Made by a program: the position numbers and the translations under genes | NCBI GenBank assembly: GCA_016938275.1 | Contig: JAFGUZ010000169.1 | Coordinates: 1,734 to 65,733, forward strand | Direction: 5' to 3' | Source: Candidatus Delongbacteria bacterium | GTDB taxonomy: Bacteria; UBA4055 | Length of the DNA: 64,000 nucleotides | Shown: positions 9,037-20,255 of the stretch, piece by piece | Layout of the letters: each line of letters opens with the position of its first letter | Numbering within the stretch: the stretch's first letter is position 1 | Notes under the pieces: model-generated | What the model saw: only the letters and a program-made list of their open reading frames with translations | Told to the model about the DNA's origin: nothing | Database searches by the model: none

Positions 9037-10935
9037 TTGAAATCAGACTTTAAGAAATATACGATAGGGGAAGTTTCAAAGATGACCGGAGTGCAAATTA
9101 AAACTTTGCAAAGATGGGTAGATAAAAAGTATGAAGGTATGGCGATCACTTCATCTGAAAAAAGGGCTAAGAAAAATGCCGAAAAAAATCAGCAATTAAT
9201 AGAGATTGAAATTGACGACAAAGGGTATAGATTTTTCACAAGAAAGGATATTGAAAAAATTCTGGTAATTAATTTGTACCGAGATATTGGTATGAGTTAT
9301 GAAGATATACGATTAATTTTAAATGATGAAGTAAAGTTTAGGGATAGTTTAATTTTACATCAAAAAAGATTAAGGAAAATAATTGATCATAATGAAAAGA
9401 ATTTAAGAGATATAAAATCAATATTACGCTTTGAAAAGGATGAAGATCAATTTATTGCCATTCAAGAGTTAAGCCAACGTATATCTCCTATTACATTTGA
9501 AAATCTTGATTTGACAAAGAAAAATATTACAAAACCAGTGCTTCTAGAAAATTTTGTATGGAATGATGAGGGTGCTCTAAAATCGTGTTTGGATTTTCTT
9601 GGGATAGATATAACCAACCAATGGCTTCTTGGTCCTTCTCTATTTGTTTTAAATATTCATGAAGATGTGATCTATGACGGAATGGAAAAATGGTATGATG
9701 GATACACTGGTAGAATGGATAAATTAAAAAGAGATTTAGGAATCCATGAGATTAAAATTACAGCCAATAAAATTGATCCGTATTTTAGACAAAATCAGAA
9801 AATTGCATTTGATGAAGTAAAGGAAGCTATCAATAACAATTTCCCAGTTTATGCGTGGGAACTTGAAAACTGCGAATACTATATAATTAATGGCTATTCT
9901 GAAACAGGATATTTCTACTCAGGCCCAGATTGTCCGCCTGTCAGTGGTCCAAAACATTATGAAGACTTAGCTGATAGTAATTGGGGGTGGCTGGAAGTCC
10001 ACATAGTTCATCCAGGTTCATCGAGTTCAAATATAATTTATTTAAAAGAAGTGATTGAGATTGTACTCGATCATAGTAAAAATTTACCTTATTGGATTCA
10101 AAATGGTTTTAAATCGGGATTGGAAGCTTACGACCTGTGGATAGAAGGAATTGTTAATAATAGAGCTGACTTTAAAGGAGTTGCCTCGAATATTTCATTC
10201 TGGACAAATAGAAGAAAGCAGGCTATTAGTTTTCTAATTGAAGCCGACAATAAAACTGAAAATTTCTTTCATAAAATTTTTGTAGATTTAATAAATCTAT
10301 ACAATTTGATTTATAATGAATTTTTGCAGATGGAATATAGTTTACTCAATACAGATGAGGCTATTTACCAATTGAATGATAAGATCAAAGATGATTTAAT
10401 TTCTGGGCTTGGGAAATTAAGGAAATTGGAGGAAAGTGCGTATAGTTGTTTTGAGAAACTGCTAGTGAAGGTAAATTCTAATATATTGCCTCCATTTAAC
10501 TTTACACTTAAAAATGAAAAAAAAGACCACTACTCATTAGAGAGGTTAAATTATGATCTGTTTAATAAATACAGAATAGATTTAAACGAAAGTGAAGAGA
10601 ACTACCTGTTAAAGAGATTGAATGACACCTTTTCACATATTCTGGTTTTAACTAAAAATTCAATTTATAAAGGTTTTATAAGCGGAAAAATTAAAAAAGA
10701 TAAAATTAATAATTCAATTGCTTATGGTCATATCGACAATATATCATTCGATGAAGAGTTAAATAAAGAGGAGATCCTAAAAAATGCCATTTCTAAAATG
10801 AAGGAATTTTTTGTTAATAACGAAGCTAAGGAGATCTTTCTAGATAGTAAAATTTGTAAGCAGATTGATTTTGTTGATTTTGGATTCGAAGAATATAATA
10901 TCAGATATCGATTGAGACTGGATAATGATGCATAA
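9037..10935 (+). CDS. MerR-family regulator with large C-terminal domains (last one GNAT-like)
   Basis: YTIGEVSKMTGVQIKTLQRW...GYRFFT...YRDIGMS MerR HTH. Confidence 0.8.
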   Translation: MKSDFKKYTIGEVSKMTGVQIKTLQRWVDKKYEGMAITSSEKRAKKNAEKNQQLIEIEIDDKGYRFFTRKDIEKILVINLYRDIGMSYEDIRLILNDEVKFRDSLILHQKRLRKIIDHNEKNLRDIKSILRFEKDEDQFIAIQELSQRISPITFENLDLTKKNITKPVLLENFVWNDEGALKSCLDFLGIDITNQWLLGPSLFVLNIHEDVIYDGMEKWYDGYTGRMDKLKRDLGIHEIKITANKIDPYFRQNQKIAFDEVKEAINNNFPVYAWELENCEYYIINGYSETGYFYSGPDCPPVSGPKHYEDLADSNWGWLEVHIVHPGSSSSNIIYLKEVIEIVLDHSKNLPYWIQNGFKSGLEAYDLWIEGIVNNRADFKGVASNISFWTNRRKQAISFLIEADNKTENFFHKIFVDLINLYNLIYNEFLQMEYSLLNTDEAIYQLNDKIKDDLISGLGKLRKLEESAYSCFEKLLVKVNSNILPPFNFTLKNEKKDHYSLERLNYDLFNKYRIDLNESEENYLLKRLNDTFSHILVLTKNSIYKGFISGKIKKDKINNSIAYGHIDNISFDEELNKEEILKNAISKMKEFFVNNEAKEIFLDSKICKQIDFVDFGFEEYNIRYRLRLDNDA

Positions 10936-10961
10936 AATTAATGTTTAACAAATAATCAGTA

Positions 10962-11327
10962 TTAATCTATGTCTTCATAAGCCTGAGGTTTGAACCTTGG
11001 AGTACACAATGCATAGAAAACTAAGTCTTCAGAGCCTGTGTTTGTAATTCGTTGTCGACATCCGGGAGGAATAATTACAACATCTCTTGCATTAACAACC
11101 TGTGCTGTTAAATTGCCGATCTCTACAATGCCTTTCCCTTCAAGGATGATATATCTCTCGGTTGTGCCAATCAACCGATGCCATTTAGTTGTAATTCCAG
11201 GTTCGACTCTGGCCAAAGCAATCGATAATTCATCGTCTAGTTCAGAATTTGAAAGTTCTGTGATGTAACATTGTTCTTCAGTGTAGAACTCTGATTCTGG
11301 TTTATATTGAAAAATTTTTGGTTTCAT
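10962..11327 (-). CDS. Cupin domain protein
   Basis: WHRL..TTERYIILEGKG...IPPGCRQRITNTG. Confidence 0.88.
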   Translation of the reverse strand: MKPKIFQYKPESEFYTEEQCYITELSNSELDDELSIALARVEPGITTKWHRLIGTTERYIILEGKGIVEIGNLTAQVVNARDVVIIPPGCRQRITNTGSEDLVFYALCTPRFKPQAYEDID

Positions 11328-11664
11328 TTTTCCTTTTCTTATATAATTTTTTATGAACTAATGTAACTTACTATAATCTTCAAAACAATCATTAACTTTT
11401 TTTTGTAATTTAGTTAAGTATTTAAAATTTCAATAACTCAGACAACTATATCACCAAATAGTGCAAAATATTTTTTTTTGATTTTGTCCTAAAATATGCA
11501 AATTAGCTAACATTAGCTGGTAAAATCTAAAGTACTTTTTATTTGAATAAAAAAGCTTTTGAAAAATGCATAAGAACAAATATATTTCATCTATTACGGA
11601 TAACAGTAAGTTGAGAAAGCTTGATTATTGATACTATTATAAAATTAAAAATGAAGGTATAAGA

Positions 11665-12099
11665 ATGGATAAATCAAGAGAGTTAACCGCAAAAATAAAG
11701 CTAGTAAACGACAAGCTTCATTTTTCAGGTAGTGTAGATTCGAACGATCCAATTTCAATTGACTATATATCACCAATTGGAGATGATTTGGGTTATACTT
11801 CGTTAGAATTATTACTTCTAAGTTTATCATCTTGCGTTGGAAGTTCAATTTTGGTGATTTTACGTAAAATGCATAAAAGCATTGCTGGATTGGAAATAAA
11901 TACTACTGGACTAAGAAATGAGAATCATCCGACATGTTTTCACACGATAAATTTAGATTTAAATCTTCGATCACCAAACACTTCATTCGAGGAATTAAAT
12001 AAAGTAATATCACTTTCTGAAGAGACATATTGTCCCGTTTGGGCTATGTTGAAAGGCAATGTAGAAATAAAGATAAATTCAGAGATTATATCATCTTAG
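11665..12099 (+). CDS. OsmC family protein
   Basis: ELLLLSLSSC...YCPV two-cysteine motif. Confidence 0.88.
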   Translation: MDKSRELTAKIKLVNDKLHFSGSVDSNDPISIDYISPIGDDLGYTSLELLLLSLSSCVGSSILVILRKMHKSIAGLEINTTGLRNENHPTCFHTINLDLNLRSPNTSFEELNKVISLSEETYCPVWAMLKGNVEIKINSEIISS

Positions 12100-12130
12100 A
12101 TCTTACACAAAATGAATTTATATATGTATT

Positions 12131-13114
12131 TTACTCTTTAAACCATTCCATGACAATTTTGATGGTTTCATCCCATCCATTTTGAATGTTTCCACTAATG
12201 TCATTGAAAGAATGATCAGCATTTTCTATAAACATCAGCTTGACGTTCTTTCCCTTAGAGAGTAAGTCTAAATACGCAATATTTACAGATTCAGGAAATA
12301 CAGCTTTGTCTTGACCTCCTTGAATGAGAAGAATTTTACCATCATATTTATCTAGTTCATCGATTACAGATGTTTTTAAAAAGGATGACCATCTTAAGTA
12401 TGAATGCCCCATAAATTGCTTGTTAACATTACTAGAGTCTTTTAAAATTTCCGCCCAATTATCTAGTACGATCTTTTTTCTTGCGTCTGAATCTGGTTCA
12501 TCTCCAAAAAACTCTCCTTTTTCAGCTAGCTTGTATAAGCAATAAAGCTGAGAAATTCCTCCACCTGCAAGAATAGCTACATTAGATACAGTATTGTTCA
12601 TCTCTTTTGCAACTTTTGAAACAACTAAACCTCCTTCAGAATGCCCAGCAAGTAGTATTTTATTTTTATCAATATTTTCATTTTCTATTACATAGATCAA
12701 TACTTTTTTTATTCTCTCACACCAACTTTCTAAGCAAAATCTACTATTAAAATCATTAGAAGTCTCCTTTTGTAGAAACTCTACTCCAGGCTTTTCAATG
12801 ATCAAGAATCTTGCAAAATCTTTACTGTTTTTATACCATGAGTAATGTCCCATAGATGGAATAATTTTGTTGTTACGTAATGAAAACAATGAATTAGAAC
12901 CTGATCCTTGTATGTAAACTACGAGAGGAATATTGGATTGTTTTATATTGTTGGACATGTAAAATGTAATTGTATCGTTGTCATACATTTCATATCGAAA
13001 AAATGGCAGGTCTGCAATTTTCTCATGGTTGATATTAAATGCTAATAATGAATTAACGCAAATTATGATAATTATTATCAATAGTTTTATACTAAATTTC
13101 CCAAGCATCAACAT
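12131..13114 (-). CDS. Secreted alpha/beta hydrolase
   Basis: GHSEGG nucleophile motif, QGGQD and ADHSF; signal peptide. Confidence 0.85.
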   Translation of the reverse strand: MLMLGKFSIKLLIIIIIICVNSLLAFNINHEKIADLPFFRYEMYDNDTITFYMSNNIKQSNIPLVVYIQGSGSNSLFSLRNNKIIPSMGHYSWYKNSKDFARFLIIEKPGVEFLQKETSNDFNSRFCLESWCERIKKVLIYVIENENIDKNKILLAGHSEGGLVVSKVAKEMNNTVSNVAILAGGGISQLYCLYKLAEKGEFFGDEPDSDARKKIVLDNWAEILKDSSNVNKQFMGHSYLRWSSFLKTSVIDELDKYDGKILLIQGGQDKAVFPESVNIAYLDLLSKGKNVKLMFIENADHSFNDISGNIQNGWDETIKIVMEWFKE

Positions 13115-13168
13115 ATTACTCCTATTTTTTAATTTATTCTTTTAGATCAATTTTATGATTGTAACAAC

Positions 13169-13456
13169 TCAAAACTCCACTAACCTCTGTATTCCAGTGT
13201 ATGGATGAAGTTCAATAAGATCAAAATCAATAATTCTTCTTTCTACAAGGGGTAATCTGTTAAGTAATCTTTTTGCAGAATCTTTGCAATCACATTCCAA
13301 AATAAGCACGGCTGATTTTGTTTCAGAAAAATAAATTTCTCTAAGATTTCCTTCCAGAAGTAGTTTATAAACTTCTTTAGCTTCATCTATTAGAACTATT
13401 TCATTCTCACTCCAATCTACTTGACAGATCTCTTTTTCTATAGCAAGTATTTTCAA
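13169..13456 (-). CDS. Muconolactone-isomerase-like small protein
   Basis: GGAGG RBS before TTG at 13456; REIYF...AVLILEC...LPLV...L.PYTG pattern. Confidence 0.6.
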   Translation of the reverse strand: MKILAIEKEICQVDWSENEIVLIDEAKEVYKLLLEGNLREIYFSETKSAVLILECDCKDSAKRLLNRLPLVERRIIDFDLIELHPYTGIQRLVEF

Positions 13457-13574
13457 GTGAACCTCCAAAATTTATAAATTCGTAATAATCATAATATCTA
13501 TTCTATCCCTTGTTGAAGCTTCCTTTACCGTACAATCAATTTACCTCATATTGATAAACGATTAAATGATTTTA

Positions 13575-14774
13575 TTATTTAAATGCTTCAGCTAATTTAA
13601 ACATTAGAGGATCGGTTGTGATTTCATTATTAGTCATTATTGATATTGAAACATGATTTTCAATACAATGAAATAAATTTGTTTTAAATCCAAATCCTGT
13701 AAATTGTCCAGCATGTCCGATGTAGCTTGCTTCTTTACCAGGAACTAAAATCTTGATTAACCTGATACCCCTTCCATAAAAAACTTCAACACTATCATTT
13801 CTTTCGCATAGTCTTAGATTTGATAAGAGTTTTATCAATGATTCTGAATTCAAAATCTCACCAGATAATAGCTTGTTAAAAAAGTTAGTAAGCTCTGTCG
13901 GAGTGCTTGAAAAAGCACCAGCACCATGAGGTGCCGTTACATAATTTGAGCTTACTGGAATTATATAATCACCGTATAGATCAAAACTTGCAGTAATAAA
14001 ACTATTACAGTTATCGTCATCTAAATAGTATATATCGATTAAACCTACTTTTGATTTAATATTTTGTTCGAAAATCTCACTCACTGATTTTCCTGTAACT
14101 TTTCTCGCAATGATGCCAAGTAGTACATAACCAGTGTTCGAATAATGAAATGCAGAGCCTGGTGTGAACAACTTTTTATTTTGTTCTGATACAACAAGTT
14201 CAACGAGTTCCTCTTCACTCCAAATTCTAATGCCATTATTGAATTTTTTTAAAATTTCATAAGTAACAATCCCAGAAGTATGAGAGAGAAGATGATCAAT
14301 AGTAACATCTTTAAACAACTTCTCATTTGGAAACCATTTAATTATCTGATCATCTAAAGATAGTTGCTCATTTTCGATTAATGAGAATATTAAAGTAGAC
14401 ATAATCAATTTTCCACAACTAGCAGTATGAAATTGAGTAGAGGAATCAACACTAATGCTTTTCTCTGAATCAGAGAAACCTCGATAGCTATTCCAAGGGT
14501 AACTATCCTTGAAGTTGACAGAAATACCAATTCCTTCTGAATTTGTTGTGGATAGAAAATTATCAGTGATTTCATTTAGCAAATCTGATATTGAATCATT
14601 TAGAACAATCGAGCTGGGATTCAAAACTTCATTTATGTCAAGATTAGTAGTTTCTTGATGATAAAAAATTTCAGGCTCAATTACGAAAAGATCTTTATCC
14701 CCATTAATCGAATTTTTACATGAGCTTACTAGTAGCATAACTAATAAAGACAATATTAACTTGATAGTATTCAT
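13575..14774 (-). CDS. Serine hydrolase (beta-lactamase-related) lipoprotein
   Basis: SxxK (SCGK), LLSHTSG, YSN and GHAG motifs; lipobox VSSC. Confidence 0.88.
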   Translation of the reverse strand: MNTIKLILSLLVMLLVSSCKNSINGDKDLFVIEPEIFYHQETTNLDINEVLNPSSIVLNDSISDLLNEITDNFLSTTNSEGIGISVNFKDSYPWNSYRGFSDSEKSISVDSSTQFHTASCGKLIMSTLIFSLIENEQLSLDDQIIKWFPNEKLFKDVTIDHLLSHTSGIVTYEILKKFNNGIRIWSEEELVELVVSEQNKKLFTPGSAFHYSNTGYVLLGIIARKVTGKSVSEIFEQNIKSKVGLIDIYYLDDDNCNSFITASFDLYGDYIIPVSSNYVTAPHGAGAFSSTPTELTNFFNKLLSGEILNSESLIKLLSNLRLCERNDSVEVFYGRGIRLIKILVPGKEASYIGHAGQFTGFGFKTNLFHCIENHVSISIMTNNEITTDPLMFKLAEAFK

Positions 14775-14895
14775 ATTATCCCTTTCACGATTTAAACTAT
14801 TTTAAATCAATTGTTTCGATTTTTTAGATTTAATGGATCTATTTTTATTGTCATTAACTTTAATAATATCCTCTATCACTTTCAACGAATATTAC

Positions 14896-15288
14896 TCATT
14901 TGTTTAATAATCCTGAGCACATTTCTATTAAATTACCTTCAGAATCTCTTAAATGAACGACTCTCATTCCCCAATCTGGCATATCAACTGGTATATTAAT
15001 AAAATCTACTCCTCTTGATTTCATCTTGTTATACTCATCATCAACACTGTTTACACTTAAAATTATCATAACTTTCTCTCTACAATTAATCGGCAACTCC
15101 TCCTCTGAATTTCCAACAACTGACGCCATTAAATCTGACTTAAAAATTCCAATTTCACCTCTATTTCCGTTATCAAAACTGGCATATACATCACCTAATT
15201 TACCCCAAATTACTTTCAGTCCAAGTTTTTCTGAGTAAAATTTGAAACATTCGTCAAAATCTTTCACCAATAATCTTAATACTTCCAT
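14896..15288 (-). CDS. VOC/glyoxalase family protein
   Basis: RLLVKDF...FY...LG; WGMRVVHLRDSEGNLIE. Confidence 0.9.
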   Translation of the reverse strand: MEVLRLLVKDFDECFKFYSEKLGLKVIWGKLGDVYASFDNGNRGEIGIFKSDLMASVVGNSEEELPINCREKVMIILSVNSVDDEYNKMKSRGVDFINIPVDMPDWGMRVVHLRDSEGNLIEMCSGLLNK

Positions 15289-15327
15289 AATATCTCCGTT
15301 TTTTTATTCTTATATTCTAAATATTCA

Positions 15328-16680
15328 TTATTTTACTAAATTCATAGCTCTTGTATACTCTACTTTTCCTATATAGATTTTGCAATAATATACACCACTT
15401 ACGAGATTTGAACCATCAAAAGTGAATTCATGATAACCACTATTTAACATACCATTATAAAGCTTATCAATAATCTGTCCTTTACTATTGTAGATCATCA
15501 TACTGACATCAGAATTTTCATAGATCTCAAATGAGATCTGTGTTTCTGGATTAAAAGGATTAGGATAATTTTTAAGATCTATTCCTTTTGGAATCGCTTG
15601 CTCACCAATATAAACTTCTGGAGGAAAGCATTCATAAGTTTTCCCTATAGCCGCAATATATAATCTTTGCTTTCCATCATTCCTTGCATCTCCAAATCCG
15701 ATATTAACCGTAGCTCCAGTTACTGACTCAACAATCTCTTCTTCCCACTGATTGTTCAAATATGAGTGTCTTCTAGTATCTCCGCTTTGAGCAGTTGAAT
15801 ATACATAATATTTGCCATCATCTTCCATTCCTACTTCAAGCCCATATCTGGAAAGTAGAGGTGATGTCTCGTCTTGAATATCTATCATATTCCATTGATC
15901 ATTTTCCCATGTAAACTCATATACATGTCCAAATCGACCTGCTCCGTAAACTCTGTTTTTCCCATCATTTCTAGCAGGTCCAATAGCTGTTTTTATCATC
16001 TGATTTGGTGCATTGAGTTGCATCTCAGTATATTCAGTTCCATTCCAACTGTATTCTCTTATACAATTGTTAGATTGGTGACCATCAGAGCTGTAGATTC
16101 TATTTAAACCGTCACCTCTACCATCATCAATATTTACAGCCCAGAAATCTATATTACCAGGACAAATAATTAACTCGTCCCAATCATTACCATTCCAAGT
16201 AAATTCTCTTGTGGAAGTATATCCTGCACCAACAACTCTCATTACTCCGTCATTACGTGGAATACCAACATCAGCTCCTCCAGTTACCCAATTACTTGCC
16301 CCTCCAACTTTCTCCACTTTCCATTGTTCATTTTCATAAGAGTATTCGTAAACATAGCCATCTTGAACTGCTGCATATATTCTATTGACACCATCTCCAC
16401 GTCCATCACCTACTGTAACAGTGGATATATTGCAGAAGCTTAAATTATTAGCTTTTCCACAACTTTTCATCTCCCATTCACCGTCTTCAAATGATAACTC
16501 TAAAACTTCAGCTGAACTTGTTCCACAATACAATCTTTTAATGCCATCATTTCTACCCTCACCGATGCTATAGCTATAATACCTATGAGACGTTTGACCA
16601 ATTATAATGAATTCCCATCCTGCATAAAGGCATACAACTAATAGAGATAGAATTGAAATAATCTTAACTTTTCTCGTCAT
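15328..16680 (-). CDS. Secreted repeat (GDGRxDG) beta-propeller protein with T9SS-type CTD
   Basis: About six G.GRNDG..R.Y repeats; NYPNPFNP...SGVYYC; GGAG RBS at the 16680 start. Confidence 0.82.
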   Translation of the reverse strand: MTRKVKIISILSLLVVCLYAGWEFIIIGQTSHRYYSYSIGEGRNDGIKRLYCGTSSAEVLELSFEDGEWEMKSCGKANNLSFCNISTVTVGDGRGDGVNRIYAAVQDGYVYEYSYENEQWKVEKVGGASNWVTGGADVGIPRNDGVMRVVGAGYTSTREFTWNGNDWDELIICPGNIDFWAVNIDDGRGDGLNRIYSSDGHQSNNCIREYSWNGTEYTEMQLNAPNQMIKTAIGPARNDGKNRVYGAGRFGHVYEFTWENDQWNMIDIQDETSPLLSRYGLEVGMEDDGKYYVYSTAQSGDTRRHSYLNNQWEEEIVESVTGATVNIGFGDARNDGKQRLYIAAIGKTYECFPPEVYIGEQAIPKGIDLKNYPNPFNPETQISFEIYENSDVSMMIYNSKGQIIDKLYNGMLNSGYHEFTFDGSNLVSGVYYCKIYIGKVEYTRAMNLVK

Positions 16681-16976
16681 AAGAACTCCCTGATTTGATA
16701 GTCGTAATCTAATATTACTACAGATATTAGTCAATACTAATTTTATTTATTTTCGAACAAAATAAACAATTAAACCTGTAGGATCTCTTGTGATTTATGT
16801 AATATCTAGGATCTATGCATACTAAGAGTATTTCAAATTTAAACTTCATAATAAAAAAGGAAAATTATATTAGAATATTAGAAATCAAATCAAAAGTAAG
16901 TATATAACTTTTTACAATAATTACAGTGTGAGTATGCGATTTACTTTGCGAATTTAGCCCATGGCCTTTATAATTG

Positions 16977-17768
16977 TTACTTGATGAAAATATTAAATAC
17001 TGTACCAAGATTTTGACCCTCACTTGTTACAGAGATATCGATTTTTAAGAGATCACATAGTTTTTTGACAACGTATAAACCGAAGCCTGAAGAGTTTTCG
17101 TCATTAGTTGGAGATGCAGATAAATTAGAAAATCTTTTGAAAATTGACTTTAAATCACTGTTAGTCATTCCTAGACCTTCATCTTTTAAAGTTATCGATG
17201 TTAGATCATCTTTTTTTGTAACGGAAATTTGTATCCTTTTTTCATTTGGACTGAATTTTATTGCATTAGAAATCAAATTTTCCATGATTGTATAAAACAT
17301 TTTTTTGTCTGTATAAATGAAGAGATTAATTTGACCAATGACTTCAATTTTTTGCTTCTTTATGCTTAATGCAGTTGAATATGTATTTATTAGTTCTAAA
17401 ATAACTTGAGATAAATTCACATACTCCATTGAAGGTGCAATTTCCATTTCATCTAATTTTAAAATTTTCATTGTAGAGCACAATTTCTTAACCAACTGAG
17501 CTGACGAAATATGAATGGAATCTATATATGCTTGATAATCATCTTTAGATAACTCTTTTTTTATTTTCAGTAAAGATGTATTAGCAGTAATGATGGAAGC
17601 TATATTTTTCAAATCATGAATAGCCATAGCAAAATCATCAAATTGAGTATTCAATTTCTTATTCAATATTTCTAAATCATTTCGTAAGGATAAAATAGTA
17701 TCTAGACTGTCTAATCTCCTTAGATAACGGCTTTTAAAAGAAAGTCTCTCTTTATTATATTTAGGCAT
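16977..17768 (-). CDS. Soluble histidine kinase (HisKA + HATPase_c)
   Basis: HDLKN, ENLISNAIKFS, DEGLG and GFGL boxes; start uncertain (17768 or 17822). Confidence 0.88.
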   Translation of the reverse strand: MPKYNKERLSFKSRYLRRLDSLDTILSLRNDLEILNKKLNTQFDDFAMAIHDLKNIASIITANTSLLKIKKELSKDDYQAYIDSIHISSAQLVKKLCSTMKILKLDEMEIAPSMEYVNLSQVILELINTYSTALSIKKQKIEVIGQINLFIYTDKKMFYTIMENLISNAIKFSPNEKRIQISVTKKDDLTSITLKDEGLGMTNSDLKSIFKRFSNLSASPTNDENSSGFGLYVVKKLCDLLKIDISVTSEGQNLGTVFNIFIK

Positions 17769-17830
17769 AACTATTCCATATAAGAAAAGATGTTCAAAAT
17801 TGAGTTCAATTCTGAACATCATATTTGATA

Positions 17831-20155
17831 TTATTTTAGATAAATCATCTTCTTTAAATAATCTTGCTTAGTTGTTTTCATTCTATAGTAATATACACCG
17901 CTACTTAAATTATCAGCTTTATAATTAATAACATGATTACCTTTTACAAAAAAACCATTGGTTATTGATTGCAGAAATTCTCCGTTTGAATTATAAAGTA
18001 AAAGTTCGACTGGAGAATCCTGAGGTATCGAAAAATTAATTATAGTTTGTGAATTAAAAGGATTTGGATAGTTTTGAGAAAGTTTTATCTCATCAGGTAT
18101 ATTTTTTTCATTATTGATACCGACTTCCTCTGGTTTAGGAATAATAATATGATCTATGAATAAAGTTCCTGAACCTCCTCTAAAGAAACCAATATAGTAA
18201 TTACCCTCTAAATCTAAATCAGTTTCAAACCTTGAGAAGAGATGATTAGGTATGAAATCAGTAATTTCGGTCCAATTTACTCCATCTTCTGAATATTTGA
18301 TTTTAAGATATGGTGACTGCCAATAATAGTTACGTGCATAAAGAGTTAGTTTATCTCCGTAAGAAATTTCAAGTTTTGGTGTGATAAGAGGAGAAGCGTC
18401 AGTTGGCAAACTTGATGACACTGCACACATTATACCTGAATATACACCACTGGCAATATCTTGCAGAAACCAGCTATTGCTATCAGTAGTCCATCCATTT
18501 GGCGGAAATCCACCAGCTTCAAAGTCTTCAAGAATATATCTATCACCTTCAACATCAATTATATCTGATTTTGCATTATTATCATTAAAAAAATCATCAG
18601 ATAGAACTGCTTCAATATTAAAGCTTTGTCGAATAACATCAGGTGTATTCCAATTAAATGTATACTCCTTAATTTCACTTGGCACAATATTGTTTATTTC
18701 AATTATCTCTACTACTTCATCATCAATTTTAATTTCCATAGCACTTCCATTACAGACTTCAAAGCCATTGTTTAAAACTTTCAATGTTATCAATAGATTA
18801 TCATTGGGCATAATCTGAATAGTTTTATCATATTCAATACTTAGAAGTTGCAAATCATTTACGTCTTGTTTAATTTCTGGTCCAATTACATGATCAAGTT
18901 TCACGACACCAAAAAAATCTTTATAGAATCCTAGGTAATATTCCCCTTGGATTGATGATAAACTAATCGAATATTTTTTAACTTCTCCATCAATCATTAT
19001 TGTCTCAAAATCATTCCAGTTTACCTTATCTTCAGAATATTGAATTATAAATGGTTGAGGTGGATCAAAGTTATTTCTACTAATGAAAGAAATAGAATCG
19101 TTTTCATCAATTGTGAGCATTGGAGTTATTATTCTTCCCTGATCATCATGGAAAGAGGTTGCCATATAGTCACCAATAAATCCGAATACAGTTATTTCTT
19201 GACTATACCAAGAATCTGGGAATATCCATACTGATTGAATATCCCAACCGTGAGGTGGAAAAAGTTCACCTTCAAATCCTTCAGCAATCTGCGTATTTGT
19301 AAAAACAGGAACTTTAATTTTTTTTAGATTATTTACAAGATTATCATCATTTATATCAATCAATGTTCCAACATTAACATAGGATGACAATTCTGAATGA
19401 GTTACTTCCCAGCTAAATTGATGTTGAAAAGATGTACCAGATGTTAAATAATCAATAGTTACACTATCAACTTTAGACTCTTCTTTGAGAAGATAAACTT
19501 TTATATTTTCAAAATTTACACTACCTAAATTCACTATATCAGTGTTTATTTGAATTGTCTCACCTTCATAGATATAGTCGAGATCCGATGAAACATAACT
19601 CATTTCTCCTACATAAAGATCGTTAGTTGATTCAAAAATTTCAGGTCCACTTACATCATCTATATGCCATATTGCATTCATATCTGGTTCTTTCAAAAAT
19701 GCTATATAAGCGAATGTGTCTAAAGAATCCAGATCAAACTCAAAGTTATTATATCCACCATTAATTACTGATATTTCACTCAACAAATTCCAATTTGATT
19801 TATCTTCAGACCACATAATTTTGAAGTTTTCTGGTTCCCAAGAATTTTGACTAATCCAAAAACTCAATACTGTGTTTTCTTCTCCAGTAAAATCTAACAT
19901 TGGAGTAACCAGATACCCCCAATTATCACCCTGGATGTAACCACAATAACTTCCAGAATGTGCTCCCCAGCCTTGTCTTACCCATCCGTCATTGAAACTT
20001 CCCGGACGAATTACTTCCCAACCCTCTGGAGGCCATGTCGTAGCTTCAAAACTTTCGTTTAGGATTGAACCTTTTTTCCCTTGTAAAATTGACACGAAAA
20101 CTAAGAGGTATATTAAAGATCTCTTAATTTCGATTACTAGTTTTGACTTTTTCAT
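17831..20155 (-). CDS. Secreted protein with three cleaved-adhesin/MAM-like and two CARDB-like domains plus T9SS-type CTD
   Basis: Three E.FE...PP.GW...ITP.L...ID.V modules; QNYPNPFN CTD; GAGG RBS before ATG 20155. Confidence 0.82.
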   Translation of the reverse strand: MKKSKLVIEIKRSLIYLLVFVSILQGKKGSILNESFEATTWPPEGWEVIRPGSFNDGWVRQGWGAHSGSYCGYIQGDNWGYLVTPMLDFTGEENTVLSFWISQNSWEPENFKIMWSEDKSNWNLLSEISVINGGYNNFEFDLDSLDTFAYIAFLKEPDMNAIWHIDDVSGPEIFESTNDLYVGEMSYVSSDLDYIYEGETIQINTDIVNLGSVNFENIKVYLLKEESKVDSVTIDYLTSGTSFQHQFSWEVTHSELSSYVNVGTLIDINDDNLVNNLKKIKVPVFTNTQIAEGFEGELFPPHGWDIQSVWIFPDSWYSQEITVFGFIGDYMATSFHDDQGRIITPMLTIDENDSISFISRNNFDPPQPFIIQYSEDKVNWNDFETIMIDGEVKKYSISLSSIQGEYYLGFYKDFFGVVKLDHVIGPEIKQDVNDLQLLSIEYDKTIQIMPNDNLLITLKVLNNGFEVCNGSAMEIKIDDEVVEIIEINNIVPSEIKEYTFNWNTPDVIRQSFNIEAVLSDDFFNDNNAKSDIIDVEGDRYILEDFEAGGFPPNGWTTDSNSWFLQDIASGVYSGIMCAVSSSLPTDASPLITPKLEISYGDKLTLYARNYYWQSPYLKIKYSEDGVNWTEITDFIPNHLFSRFETDLDLEGNYYIGFFRGGSGTLFIDHIIIPKPEEVGINNEKNIPDEIKLSQNYPNPFNSQTIINFSIPQDSPVELLLYNSNGEFLQSITNGFFVKGNHVINYKADNLSSGVYYYRMKTTKQDYLKKMIYLK

Positions 20156-20170
20156 TTTATCCTCATTTAA

Positions 20171-20255
20171 TTTGTAACTCACGGTTACAAAAATACAAAA
20201 TTATCAAAAGAAAGCAAAATAAAAAAAATAAAATTTTGTAACTAGCGGTTAAAAT
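20171..20255. promoter_or_regulatory. Twin palindromic operators TTTGTAAC-N5-GTTA(C/A)AA
   Basis: TTTGTAAC-TCACG-GTTACAAA at 20171-20191 and TTTGTAAC-TAGCG-GTTAAAAT at 20235-20255. Confidence 0.65.
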
